A DNA stretch of 64,000 nt from a virus (IMGVR_UViG_3300048998_000149:1-64000); one strand, 5' to 3'; shown: positions 26,993 to 36,574, numbered from the stretch's first letter. Notes: generated from the letters alone by a model not told the origin. A program made the numbers and translations.

Positions 26993-27843
26993 GCGTGCCG
27001 AAGGTGTGGTGGTCGGAGCGCCTCGGCGAGCTGGTCGAGCAGTTGGCGGACGGCGGCTTTTGGGAGATCGGCCCGACTGATCCGAAGCACTTCGCCACGC
27101 TGCCGGCTGACGCGGTGGAGCTGCGCCCGGTCGCAGACAACGAGCTGCACTCGTGCGTCGACTGCGGCGTATCTATCCAGACGTGCGGCCAATCGCCCGC
27201 CCTGTGCTGCTTCACCTGCGACCACGGCCCCGTAGCTGCGGCTATCGGTCAGGCTCGGTTAGAGCGCGAGGACGCGCTGGCGGAGGTTGAGCGGCTCCGG
27301 GCGGCGCTGACCGAGTTCCTGGCGATTCCGTCATTCCAGGTAGCTGATGGGCACACCGAAGCTGCCGATCTGCTGAACGCCTTCGGGAAGCGTGTTCAGG
27401 CTGTGTTGGCTGGACAGGGCGACACCCCACCCGCCGAGCACGCACCCTTCGACGAGGGCTGGGGTGGCCCGTGCGCCGAGTGCGGTGTCCAGGCTGGGCA
27501 GCCGTGTCGTCCGGGGTGCCGGGCGTGTTTCCACGGTGAGCCCCCACCCGCCGAGTCCGCGTGGTGCTGGCCGTGCAAGCAATCGCACCCTGACGAGCCC
27601 GTTCACGAGGAGGCGGAATGCCCCCGCAGGTCAGATGGGTCACCCGCCGAGCCCGCTCCGGTACAGCCAGACGCCGAGACGATCGACCGGGCCGCCAAAG
27701 CGTTGCGCCGACAGAGCGGTTATGAGTCGGCATGGGAAGACCTGCCTGACGAGACCAAGCCGCTATGGCGGGACATGGTCCGCGTGGTGGCCGCTGAGCT
27801 GGGTCTACCGGCGGGGGAGACCCGGGGCGGTGAGCGGCGATGA
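26989..27843 (+). CDS. mosaic Cys-rich hypothetical protein
   Basis: several CxxC units; coupled. Confidence 0.6.
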   Translation: MSVPKVWWSERLGELVEQLADGGFWEIGPTDPKHFATLPADAVELRPVADNELHSCVDCGVSIQTCGQSPALCCFTCDHGPVAAAIGQARLEREDALAEVERLRAALTEFLAIPSFQVADGHTEAADLLNAFGKRVQAVLAGQGDTPPAEHAPFDEGWGGPCAECGVQAGQPCRPGCRACFHGEPPPAESAWCWPCKQSHPDEPVHEEAECPRRSDGSPAEPAPVQPDAETIDRAAKALRRQSGYESAWEDLPDETKPLWRDMVRVVAAELGLPAGETRGGERR

Positions 27844-28058
27844 CTACTCGAGTGCGCGGAAACCGGGACGGGTGGGACATCCCGACTGGCAGCGGCCCAT
27901 TCGCTCTGATGCATCTGTGCCCCACGGTCTGCGATGACGACTGCGAGACGTGGTGCCATGAATCTCATCAAGTTCGGGCGAAGCGGCACCACAATCCCGA
28001 TTTCTGCCCTTGGGTGTTCGCCTTCGCTACCACCTCGAACTTAAGCGGCACCCAGTGA
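27840..28058 (+). CDS. Cys/His-rich hypothetical protein
   Basis: coupled ORF. Confidence 0.5.
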   Translation: MTTRVRGNRDGWDIPTGSGPFALMHLCPTVCDDDCETWCHESHQVRAKRHHNPDFCPWVFAFATTSNLSGTQ

Positions 28059-28231
28059 AGACCGCGGCCGAGGTCGTGTGCGCCGCCTGGCTGTTCGGGG
28101 CGTACATGGCCTTCCAGGCTGTCCGTGTCGCCGTCTTCGGCCCTACAGAGCGACGGCGCGTCGTGCAGCCACGGTGTGGATCAACTGCTGATGCGGGCCG
28201 TGATTTGGACGTGATAACAGCTGCGGCGTAG
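28055..28231 (+). CDS. small membrane protein
   Basis: GTGA coupling. Confidence 0.5.
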   Translation: MKTAAEVVCAAWLFGAYMAFQAVRVAVFGPTERRRVVQPRCGSTADAGRDLDVITAAA

Positions 28232-28552
28232 CTACTACGCGGTAGCTCGAACGTGTGATTCAATACGTGTAGCCCGAACAGATGGTCGAAGCGATTCCAC
28301 CCCAGCGCTCGCCCGCCCGTCCGGCAGCCACCCCCCGAACGGTTGCGAGGCGCCAGCTCCGTGTTTCGGTACGTCGATCACCTACGCCTGGATGTAGTTC
28401 GGGACGCCCCCATGTGCCTCTCTGGGGGGAGCGTGTAAACGCCGCTCCCCCGAAGTCGGTTGAGGCTCGGCGCCCCGCACCACCCCACAGAGCTGGGCGC
28501 CGAGCCTCCCGCAAGCACATCGCTCCCACCCCGGCGAGAGGCACCAACACAC

Positions 28553-29530
28553 ATGGCCGATGTTGATGTGACGCGTTGCTTAGCTGGGCGACGCTGTGTT
28601 GACGGCGAGAACGTCTACGACCCCGACACCCAGGAACGCATCGACCGCCTCGGCGCCGTTATCGACAAAGGCCCCCTGTGCGAGATGTGTGTCCGCGCCA
28701 TCGACCAGGCCTTGCGTGAACTGAAAACCGACATCATCGACCTGGGGAAGCTGCTACAGCCGTCGTCGATGCGGCAACACTTTCAGGACCCGGACATGCC
28801 GTCGCAGCCCCGCACCAAAAAAGCGGCGCCGCTGCCGTTCAACGAGAACGTGTTCACACTGCAAGAGTTGATCGACTATGAGACGACGATTTGGGCCGAA
28901 TCGGTCGCAGACCACGACGGCGTCGAGTGGGACTCCTACAGTGCCGAACACTCCCGCCAGCCAGACCGTGTCGGCCGGGCCAGCGCCCTGCTAGGCCACC
29001 GTTTGGCCACCCTCATCAGCCTGCCGGCCCAGCAACACCGCGCCCACTCCCTCACCACCGACCCAGCCGACGGGCACGACCCCGACACCACCACCCGCTA
29101 CCGCGGCGACTACTGGGCCAACCGTGAAGGCTGGGAAGGCGCCATGCGGTTCGTCGAGCTGCACGAACGCGCCGCCCGCTACATCGGCAAGAGGGCGCTG
29201 GACCACATTGAAGTCCCCTGCCCTCGCTGCGCAGCCCGACGGCTGTACCGCGAACACCACAACGGGCGTGTCATTTGCCGGGCATGCGAAGTCCCCATGA
29301 GCGACGACGACTACGACGCCTTCCTCGAACACGCCTTAGAGGCCCACGGCTCCCCCAGCGATGTTGTTAGCCGCAAAGAAGCCGCCCGCATCGCCGGCGT
29401 CAAACCCGGCACCATCCGCAAATGGGTCCAACGCGGATACCTCCGACCACTCCCCTCAGGTGGCTATCGGCGGGTGGCTGTTGAAGACTTCGCAGCCACC
29501 CGCGACATCTCGACGGAGGAGGCATCCTAG
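28553..29530 (+). CDS. zinc-ribbon + C-terminal HTH regulator (candidate late activator)
   Basis: LCEMC; CPRC...CRAC; SRKEAARIAGVKPGTIRKWVQRG. Confidence 0.75.
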   Translation: MADVDVTRCLAGRRCVDGENVYDPDTQERIDRLGAVIDKGPLCEMCVRAIDQALRELKTDIIDLGKLLQPSSMRQHFQDPDMPSQPRTKKAAPLPFNENVFTLQELIDYETTIWAESVADHDGVEWDSYSAEHSRQPDRVGRASALLGHRLATLISLPAQQHRAHSLTTDPADGHDPDTTTRYRGDYWANREGWEGAMRFVELHERAARYIGKRALDHIEVPCPRCAARRLYREHHNGRVICRACEVPMSDDDYDAFLEHALEAHGSPSDVVSRKEAARIAGVKPGTIRKWVQRGYLRPLPSGGYRRVAVEDFAATRDISTEEAS

Positions 29531-30088
29531 ATGAGCAGGCAGTTCAAGCAGGCAGTCGCGTGGTGGCTCCGCGCCAAAGACCTCTCAGTGAAGGAAGTCC
29601 TCGACCTCAAGGTTGAGGACAGCCGAGGTTCGAGTGAACTCACCGGCGAGTGGGGCAGCGAGGACATCGTCGTCACCTACATCGACGAGCGCGGCAAAGA
29701 GCAGCGCTATACGGAGGAGCTCGACTTCGCCTCGTTCGTCAGCGTCCTAGCGGACACAGATTGGGAAGGCAGCACCGCCGAACTGCTCGCAGAGAAGGCC
29801 GAGAAGGAACGGCTAGACCTTGAGCTGCGCGCGGAGCACGAAAAGTTCCAGCGGGAACTCCAGGTCGCGCTGTTCGACGGCGACACCCAAATCTCCGGCT
29901 GGGTGTCCTTCGCCGAAGGAAAAATCCCCGTACCTAACGAGTGGGCCAAGCAGCGGAAGTTCTCGGCGAACACTGGCCCGAGGCTGCAACTACGCACCAA
30001 AGACGGTGCAGGGGTGTCCGCCGCTGGGGCTCACGTGCAAGAACACATCACGAAGACGTACTCGATCACATGGCGGACAATGTGGTGA
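29531..30088 (+). CDS. hypothetical protein
   Basis: GGAGG RBS; clean ORF. Confidence 0.65.
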   Translation: MSRQFKQAVAWWLRAKDLSVKEVLDLKVEDSRGSSELTGEWGSEDIVVTYIDERGKEQRYTEELDFASFVSVLADTDWEGSTAELLAEKAEKERLDLELRAEHEKFQRELQVALFDGDTQISGWVSFAEGKIPVPNEWAKQRKFSANTGPRLQLRTKDGAGVSAAGAHVQEHITKTYSITWRTMW

Positions 30089-30261
30089 CCTTCTCGTTCG
30101 ATGTCGCATTCTCCACCCACGACCTACTGAAGGCGGGAGTGACGGAGGCCGACTGGCATCGGGTCGTGGTCGCAGCCGACGATCGGGACGAGGCTGCGCT
30201 ACTCGCCTGCCAAATGGTGTGTTGCCACGACATGGCGACCGCGGTCTACGACCGTATTTAA
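30082..30261 (+). CDS. hypothetical protein (start uncertain)
   Basis: ORF in operon. Confidence 0.5.
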   Translation: MVTFSFDVAFSTHDLLKAGVTEADWHRVVVAADDRDEAALLACQMVCCHDMATAVYDRI

Positions 30262-30347
30262 CTTTTTCGAACACGCCGACAGAGAAGGCTCGTAAATGGA
30301 GTGGATCTCCTGTATCGTCCCCCCTAGGGCAGTAGAAACACGCCCTC

Positions 30348-31028
30348 ATGCTGTCTGACGTCGACCTCGTAATCGCGTTGGCTTCCGGCGAACTGGTCAT
30401 AGACCCGATGACGCCGACACAAATCCAACCGGCGTCGATCGACCTGCGCCTCGACAGCGAGTTCGCCGCACTCCCGCGACATAACCCGCTGTTCCCCAGC
30501 TACATAGACCCGCTTTCCGCGCCATTGCAGCCGCTGGAGCACCGCACCGTCGAACCGGGTCTCTGCTACCCGCTCCCGCCGCACGGCTTCGCCCTGGCCT
30601 GCACCGTGGAGACCGTCACCATGGGCCCCGCGCTCGTCGGACTGCTGGCTGGCAAGTCGTCGCTGGCCCGACATGGCCTCGTGGTCGAAGCGGCGGGGGT
30701 AGTTGACCCTGGATTCTCTGGGCAGTTGACGTGCGAATGCTTCAACATGACTGATCGAACGATCATGCTGACGCCTGGGATGCTGATCGCGCAACTGATG
30801 GTGCAACGCCTCTCCTCCCCTGTCGAGCACCCATACGGATCTAGCCGCGCCTCGTCCAGATATCAGGGACAGCGCGGCCCCACGCCGTCTCGGTCGCACC
30901 TCAAGGGGGGTCAGCCATGCCAAGAGCACACCCGCAGCAGCCCCTCGTCGTCGTCTGCGAACTCTGCGACGACCGCATCCCCACCAGCAGGGCTAAGGCC
31001 TGGTACGCAGCGATGGACCACGCCCTAG
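30348..31028 (+). CDS. dcd: dCTP deaminase
   Basis: IQPASIDLRL, GKSSLAR.GL, AG.VDPGFSGQLT.E, YQGQRGPTPSR. Confidence 0.92.
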   Translation: MLSDVDLVIALASGELVIDPMTPTQIQPASIDLRLDSEFAALPRHNPLFPSYIDPLSAPLQPLEHRTVEPGLCYPLPPHGFALACTVETVTMGPALVGLLAGKSSLARHGLVVEAAGVVDPGFSGQLTCECFNMTDRTIMLTPGMLIAQLMVQRLSSPVEHPYGSSRASSRYQGQRGPTPSRSHLKGGQPCQEHTRSSPSSSSANSATTASPPAGLRPGTQRWTTP

Positions 31029-31141
31029 ACCGCCACCGGGCCACCGTCCTCGCCACACCCCAGTACGTCCGGCGGTATTTCCGGATCACGAATCCGGCCA
31101 CCGGCCGCCCCGCACGGCTAGCCCACACACCTCCCCGCTAG
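30917..31141 (+). CDS. hypothetical protein
   Basis: RBS AAGGGGG; CELC; overlaps the low-complexity dcd tail. Confidence 0.55.
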   Translation: MPRAHPQQPLVVVCELCDDRIPTSRAKAWYAAMDHALDRHRATVLATPQYVRRYFRITNPATGRPARLAHTPPR

Positions 31142-31152
31142 GACCTCGCCGA

Positions 31153-31335
31153 ATGTCTGTACGTTTCACCGCCTACCTCTCGACCGGCCGCACCAGAACG
31201 ATCTACGCGGACACGGTGATGAGCGACGAATTGACCCTCAAGTTCTGCGAGGGCATCTCATCCAGCGTCGTCGAGTCTGTCCCCGCACCTTTGGTGCGCA
31301 TGCTGTTCAGAGATGCCGACGATAGGGTCGGCTAG
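31153..31335 (+). CDS. hypothetical protein
   Basis: ORF. Confidence 0.5.
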   Translation: MSVRFTAYLSTGRTRTIYADTVMSDELTLKFCEGISSSVVESVPAPLVRMLFRDADDRVG

Positions 31336-31554
31336 TTTTACTCCCGATCTATCCCCCCGCACCGACGGCTTGCCGGGTGCGGGGTCGCGGGGTTGGTGCC
31401 GGCCGGCACGGTTCGGCGTCCGGCGTTGGCCGGCACCATCCCTGCCCAAACTTCTCGTCACCGCTGGGGAGCGGGTGGCGGGAACCGAACCGGCCCGTGA
31501 CTGTGAACATCCCGGTCGCGGGCCGGTTCCCCTTCCCGAGAAAGAAACGCCGCC

Positions 31555-31731
31555 GTGGAGCATCCGATGCCAGCTGACCAGAACGACGACCGCGACCGAC
31601 TCATCGCCCACGACTTGGCCTTCGCGCTGGGCTTTGCGGAGGCGAAGCAGTTCCTGTCCTCGATCACGCGGTCGGAGTGGCTGGAGTGGAAGCGGCAGTG
31701 GGAGGCGAAGCGCGCCGAGGGCGCAGCGTGA
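31555..31731 (+). CDS. hypothetical protein
   Basis: follows a hairpin array; coupled to the next gene. Confidence 0.5.
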   Translation: MEHPMPADQNDDRDRLIAHDLAFALGFAEAKQFLSSITRSEWLEWKRQWEAKRAEGAA

Positions 31732-32131
31732 CACTCCGCTTCGCCATCCTCGGCCTGGAGTTGTTCACCGTGACCATCGAGCTGGACAACGACAAGTCGC
31801 AGACGCCTCAGCCGTCGCTGCGTTCGAAGCTGCGTCAAGCCGTCGCCCACTCGGTCATCCGATGAGCGACTGGGTCGAGCTCGAAGAGTTTTACGGCGAC
31901 ACACTCACCGGCGACCAACGCCGCGCCCTAAACCGAACGGCGGACCCCAACCCGCTGCTCGACGCCGAGGTCACCTGATGGTGCAGTACCGCCACATCGA
32001 GGTGACCTGCCCAAGCTGCAAAGAGCCGGTCCCGCTCGAGGTCGTGCTTGAAGACCCCGCCCCGGACGGTCCCCTGTACATCACGGTGCGGACCGAAGAC
32101 GGCATCCGACACGTCGGCAAGGTGACCTGAC

Positions 32132-32422
32132 ATGTACCCGTTCATGCCGTCGGCGTCCAGCCTCGACGCGCTAGCCCCGATCAACCCGGCCCCCTCGGTG
32201 AAGCTGGAGTCGATGAACCCGGCCGACCGGCAGCGTTTCCGCAACGCCGCCTTCCGCGCCATCCGCGTCTACCCCGGTCCCGTCGGCGCCCTCATCTCTG
32301 ACGAGTTGCTCTCTTGGACCGAGTTCGGCTACAGATTCGGATCAACGAACCGGACCATGGCGTTGGTCGAGCACATCGAGAAGCTCGACCTCCCCACCCT
32401 CGCCGCCCAACCGGCGGCCTAA
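32132..32422 (+). CDS. conserved actinomycete hypothetical protein
   Basis: R.R.AAFRA..VYPGPVG.LI..EL..W.EFGYR.G. Confidence 0.7.
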   Translation: MYPFMPSASSLDALAPINPAPSVKLESMNPADRQRFRNAAFRAIRVYPGPVGALISDELLSWTEFGYRFGSTNRTMALVEHIEKLDLPTLAAQPAA

Positions 32423-32425
32423 AAC

Positions 32426-32571
32426 TCCCGGGCGCAGACCAGCGCACCGACTGTCGACGCAACCTGCACCAGGTCGCCGAACCCACCACCTAAACGGTGG
32501 CTCCTGAGGTTCGACTTGGCAGACCTTGGACCGCGTCCAGTCAGGTGTGCAAAGCTGTCGCGCGCCCGGGG
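32426..32571 (+). ncRNA. candidate rod-shaped structured RNA (~145 nt)
   Basis: nested helices CCCGGGCGC/GCGCCCGGG, GCGCACC/GGTGTGC, GACTG/CAGTC, GACGC/GCGTC, CCAGGTC/GACCTTGG, CGAACC/GGTTCG, CCACC/GGTGG. Confidence 0.5.
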
Positions 32572-32616
32572 ACCTACTCAGTAGCACGGCGTGTCGTAAC
32601 GGCGTTATCTCCACGA

Positions 32617-32644
32617 CTCCGGCATAATTTGTGTTATGGGAAAT
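32617..32644 (+). other. dif-like Xer recombination site CTCCGGCATAA-TTTGTG-TTATGGGAAAT
   Basis: 11-6-11 layout with CATAA/TTATG cores, like E. coli dif; 15 bp upstream of the recombinase gene. Confidence 0.8.
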
Positions 32645-32659
32645 ACCCACGAGGCTCCG

Positions 32660-33598
32660 ATGGAGATCATCATGGCGCCTCGTGAAAACAAGACTGTTGC
32701 CGTTAGAGCGACAGCTACTCGGGATCACATTGCTTCCGCGTGGGTCCTTGCCCAAGGGCGCCCTAACACCGAAGAGGCGTACCGGCGCGACATAGCCGTG
32801 TACTTCGAGTGGTGCGACGAGTTCGAGATCGACGCTCTCACCGCGCGCCGGATCCACCTCGACGGGTATCGCCGACACCTGGAGTCCGGCGGAGCGGGCC
32901 GCACCTACGCCGCCGCCACGGTCTACCGCCGGCTGTCGTCGGTGTCTTCGTTCTACCGGTACGCCACCCGAGAGCACGACCACTTCGTCGCCGCGAACCC
33001 TGCCGAGAACATCCGGCGCCCCAAGGTGAGCACCGAGTCCGCCACGTCCGGTCTGGACCGCGACGAGCTGTTGCGGCTCCTCGCTACGGCTGACGCGTCG
33101 AGTCCACGGGACTCCGCACTGATCCGCATGCTGGCCTACACTGCCGCGCGGATCACCGAGCTGTGCCTGGCCCGAACCTCGGACCTCACGGCCGATCGCG
33201 GCCACCGAATCCTGTGCATCACCCGCAAGGCCGGTGCCCGTGACCGGGTGGTACTGCCACCTCCCGCCGCAGTTGCGCTGGATCGGCACCTAAACGACCG
33301 GCGCGGCTACCTGTTCGTCTGCGAGAACGGCCGCGACCCGATGACCCGGCGGGCTGCGGCCTACCACGTACAGAAGCTCGCCGCGCTGGCAGGCATCGGC
33401 AAGCGGATCACCCCGCACAGCTTCCGGCACACTGCCGCGACGTTGGCCCTTGACGCTGGCGTGGACCTGCGCGACGTTCAGCGCATGCTCGGCCACAAGC
33501 GCGTCGAGACGACGATGAGGTACGACCGATCCCGGACCAGCGTCGACAAGTCGCCGGCGCACACGCTCGCCCGTGTCCTCGAAGGGGACGCGGAATGA
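32660..33598 (+). CDS. XerC/D-like tyrosine recombinase
   Basis: T..AY..D, RRLSSVSSFY, ARITEL, RKAG, PHSFRH, LGH...TT..Y; no arm-binding domain. Confidence 0.92.
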   Translation: MEIIMAPRENKTVAVRATATRDHIASAWVLAQGRPNTEEAYRRDIAVYFEWCDEFEIDALTARRIHLDGYRRHLESGGAGRTYAAATVYRRLSSVSSFYRYATREHDHFVAANPAENIRRPKVSTESATSGLDRDELLRLLATADASSPRDSALIRMLAYTAARITELCLARTSDLTADRGHRILCITRKAGARDRVVLPPPAAVALDRHLNDRRGYLFVCENGRDPMTRRAAAYHVQKLAALAGIGKRITPHSFRHTAATLALDAGVDLRDVQRMLGHKRVETTMRYDRSRTSVDKSPAHTLARVLEGDAE

Positions 33599-33858
33599 CG
33601 ACCCCTGAACCGGCACGCTCGCCTACGGGGTGCCCTGGTCCGGGTCCCCGCAGGAGTCCCGTCCAGGCCGCTATTCGCGCAGCTGTCCCAGCCGACGGAA
33701 GCCCCATCACGCGCCGCGAGTTGATGGCTGTGGTCCGCGCGGTGTGCCCTCAAGCCGCCGATGGCACCATCAGTACCGCGATCCACGACATGAGCCTGGG
33801 CTGCTACGGATTCTTGGAGCGCACGGGTTACGGCGTCTACCGTCGGAGCCTGCGATGA
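33595..33858 (+). CDS. small wHTH-like protein
   Basis: ITRREL...TISTAI...LER.GYGVYR. Confidence 0.55.
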   Translation: MTTPEPARSPTGCPGPGPRRSPVQAAIRAAVPADGSPITRRELMAVVRAVCPQAADGTISTAIHDMSLGCYGFLERTGYGVYRRSLR

Positions 33859-33955
33859 CTCCCGAACCGGCAGACGCCCTCTCAGCGCGCCCTGAGGGCC
33901 ACGCAGAGGCCACTGACTCGCCTACCCCGGTAGATACGGACCCTGGTGGGACGGC

Positions 33956-34318
33956 ATGAGCGGCCCCGAGCGCCCAAGGAAGGCGCGCACCTTCGTCCTC
34001 ACCTACGAGCAACGTATCCGTGACGGGCTGGAGACCTGCCGGGTGTGTGGCAGGCGTGACGGGCTCACGGTGGCGCGGATCGAACTGGACAAGCCGTGGG
34101 CGATGTTCAATGCCGCTATCTTGTGCGCACATCACGCTGGCCAGTACCGCAATCCGAGGTCGCTGCGCGTTGTCCGCTGGCGCTTTCGCGTGCCCTCATT
34201 GGAGGAGGAGGAGCTGTCGCGACCCGCCGAGGAGCGGTGGGGTTTCGCTGCGATCGAGGCGCAGCGCAGGCGTTACGAGGCCAGCCGTGCAGCGCAGCAG
34301 CGGGACGGTTCAGGATGA
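33956..34318 (+). CDS. HNH-like protein
   Basis: CRVCG....LT...N...LCAHH. Confidence 0.5.
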   Translation: MSGPERPRKARTFVLTYEQRIRDGLETCRVCGRRDGLTVARIELDKPWAMFNAAILCAHHAGQYRNPRSLRVVRWRFRVPSLEEEELSRPAEERWGFAAIEAQRRRYEASRAAQQRDGSG

Positions 34319-34557
34319 ACATCCTCGCCGCCGCACTTACCGTGTTTACTCTGATCTCCATCGGCTTCTGGTACCGGGAGTTCGACCGGCGCACCGAGGA
34401 CGGCTCGGCGTACCAACTGTTTCTCGGTGCGCCCAGGCTCGCTCGGCTCAGCCCTCGGGGCCGTCGGATAGCCGCGCATGTTGGGATTGCGGCCCCGGCG
34501 GCGCTGCTGATCACGGTGAGCATCGTGCTCGTAGCTGTCTCTGGTGGGATGGCATAG
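34315..34557 (+). CDS. two-TM membrane protein
   Basis: hydrophobic helices; coupled. Confidence 0.55.
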   Translation: MNILAAALTVFTLISIGFWYREFDRRTEDGSAYQLFLGAPRLARLSPRGRRIAAHVGIAAPAALLITVSIVLVAVSGGMA

Positions 34558-34723
34558 CCGTGAAGCCGACGCTCGTTCTCTCCTGGGAGCAGCACGACGC
34601 CCAGCACCCGCCGAACCGGTGGTCGACGAGCGAGGGCCGCACCTACGTCCTGGACGAGTCGGACCAGCCGCCGCTGTTGTGGTGTCACAGGTGCCGCCGC
34701 TACGTCACCCCGAAGAGCGCCCG

Positions 34724-35011
34724 ATGAGCTCGCACCTGCGGCGCACCCGCCGGGGCTGGGCGGAGACCCGGCCGACGGCGTGCCCGAGCTGCGGTAGGGC
34801 GTGGCCAGCTGGTGTGGCGGGCAACCTGGTGGTTGGTACGCACAAGTGCCGCTGTACTGAGGTTGGCAGTCACCGCACCTACGAATGCTTGGCGTGCCAC
34901 GCCGTCACCTATCGGCCGCCGCTCGCGGCCGGCTGCACTGAGGGGCCGCCGCAGATGATGGCCCCGACCGGACAGCACACTCCTCCCGAGACCCGAGAGC
35001 AGCGCCGATGA
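34724..35011 (+). CDS. zinc-finger hypothetical protein
   Basis: CPSC...C.C....H....CLAC. Confidence 0.6.
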   Translation: MSSHLRRTRRGWAETRPTACPSCGRAWPAGVAGNLVVGTHKCRCTEVGSHRTYECLACHAVTYRPPLAAGCTEGPPQMMAPTGQHTPPETREQRR

Positions 35012-35235
35012 TTGACGTAGTGGCTGCCGTGATCCTCAGGCTTGCGCATCGTGGCCAGCTGGTGAAGCGCACCGAGGTTGAACTGTGGTTCGCTTTGGCG
35101 CAGGCCCGCGAGGATCTGTCCGCCCGGGCGGGCGGCGCGGAGTGGATCGAACTGTCCGACGAGCAGCGCATCGACAGTGTCCTTCAGGCACGCGGCTGGT
35201 TCCAGGCCGCACGTGACGCAGGCCTGGTCGCCTAG
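35008..35235 (+). CDS. hypothetical protein
   Basis: coupled ORF. Confidence 0.55.
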   Translation: MIDVVAAVILRLAHRGQLVKRTEVELWFALAQAREDLSARAGGAEWIELSDEQRIDSVLQARGWFQAARDAGLVA

Positions 35236-35432
35236 CGCAGCGGCAGCTTCTTCTGGATGCCCGTCAAGGTGCGTTTGAAGTAGCGGCACAGTTCGGCGCT
35301 CTCCCCGCCGAACAGCTCTGGGTATTGGATGCCCGCAGTCAACAGGCAGTTCAACATTTCCCGTTCGTCTCGGGTGAGGTCGAGTGTGCGGCCTCGCTGG
35401 TGGGGTGGACGGACGCGGGCGGGTGCGGACAT
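35232..35432 (-). CDS. hypothetical protein
   Basis: AAGGCACCGC start motif on the minus strand. Confidence 0.6.
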   Translation of the reverse strand: MSAPARVRPPHQRGRTLDLTRDEREMLNCLLTAGIQYPELFGGESAELCRYFKRTLTGIQKKLPLR

Positions 35433-35634
35433 GGCGGTGCCTTCCGAAGGGCCAAGCTGCTTTGGGGTGGTAATAACCACCGTAGGGGAACCCCCGCGCC
35501 TTAGAACAAGTTCCTGTAACCCGTTTGCGCGCGTCGATCGGTGAACGGTCGACCCAGCGCGCCACGCCTGCCGCACTGGCGCTCAGTACTGCTCCCCTGT
35601 CCCAGCCTTCTTCTCCCCACCTGAGGAGAGCCTC

Positions 35635-36006
35635 ATGAGCGAGCATCACGAACACGAACACCACGAGCACCACGAGCATTGCGGGCGGGAGCGCCACGAG
35701 CGCCGACTGTCCAACACCCTGTGCGCGGTGCTCGCGCTGCTAGCCGTTGTTGCGCTGGTGCTGGTGTGCTGTCACGGCCCGGAGCGCTGCCCCGTACCCA
35801 CTGGGCTGTCCACCCCGCCGCCGGTGATTGTGGTTGTGCCGCCGGCTCCGCCGATCGTCGCTCCGCCCGTCGTGGCCCCGCCGCCGCACGTGGTGGCAGC
35901 TCCTCGGCCCGTTAAGCACCGGGTGCGCGTGGTTAGGCACATCCGCCACGTTGTGCACCGCCACGCGGTGCGCCACCACCACCGCCACCACCACCGCTGC
36001 CACTGA
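35635..36006 (+). CDS. His-rich, Pro-rich single-pass membrane protein
   Basis: MSEHHEHEHHEHHEH; TM helix; PPV linker; RHHHRHHHRCH. Confidence 0.7.
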   Translation: MSEHHEHEHHEHHEHCGRERHERRLSNTLCAVLALLAVVALVLVCCHGPERCPVPTGLSTPPPVIVVVPPAPPIVAPPVVAPPPHVVAAPRPVKHRVRVVRHIRHVVHRHAVRHHHRHHHRCH

Positions 36007-36022
36007 CCCGGAGAGGCTCTCC

Positions 36023-36331
36023 ATGTTCAAGCTCAGCGCGTTTGTCGCTGCCGTGGCGCTGGCCACCCTCACCGCATGCGGCACCGCGGCCACCGGCTCG
36101 GCCGTGTCCGCCACAGGCACCGTCTCGGCGAACTCGGCGACCGGCGACCAGCTGGTTGCCGCGTTCACCGCGCACGGCGTGCCTGACCCGATGCGCTGGG
36201 CGGCCGAGGTGGACGAGTACCGGCCGTATCCGACGGACGATCCGGCGATGGCGAAGCTGCGCGCCGCGCTGATCAAGGAGCACGCCGACGACGCCACCCT
36301 CACGGCCATCTTCGCGTCGATCACCCCGTAG
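36023..36331 (+). CDS. lipoprotein
   Basis: signal peptide with LTAC lipobox. Confidence 0.7.
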   Translation: MFKLSAFVAAVALATLTACGTAATGSAVSATGTVSANSATGDQLVAAFTAHGVPDPMRWAAEVDEYRPYPTDDPAMAKLRAALIKEHADDATLTAIFASITP

Positions 36332-36336
36332 CGGCC

Positions 36337-36561
36337 GTGAACGGCTGGCACATCTACTGGGCAGCCTGGGCAGGCGCAAGCTTCCTCGCATTCGGCATCC
36401 CAGAGATGTGGGCCGTGTTCAGCGGACATCCCCAATGGAAGCTGTCAAGCGCCGTTTGGCAGCTTGAAGATCAGATGCCGTATCCGCTGGCCTGGCGCGT
36501 CGTCATCGCAGTCACGCTGATCTTCGTCGTCTATCACCTGGTGTACGGCTCTAGACACTGA
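36337..36561 (+). CDS. two-TM membrane protein (holin-like size)
   Basis: two hydrophobic helices. Confidence 0.6.
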   Translation: MNGWHIYWAAWAGASFLAFGIPEMWAVFSGHPQWKLSSAVWQLEDQMPYPLAWRVVIAVTLIFVVYHLVYGSRH

Positions 36562-36574
36562 CCTTGGGGGTCTG

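Noticed and set aside
32500-32520. GGTTCGA suggesting a tRNA T-loop
   Set aside because: No cloverleaf; the segment pairs within the long rod structure.
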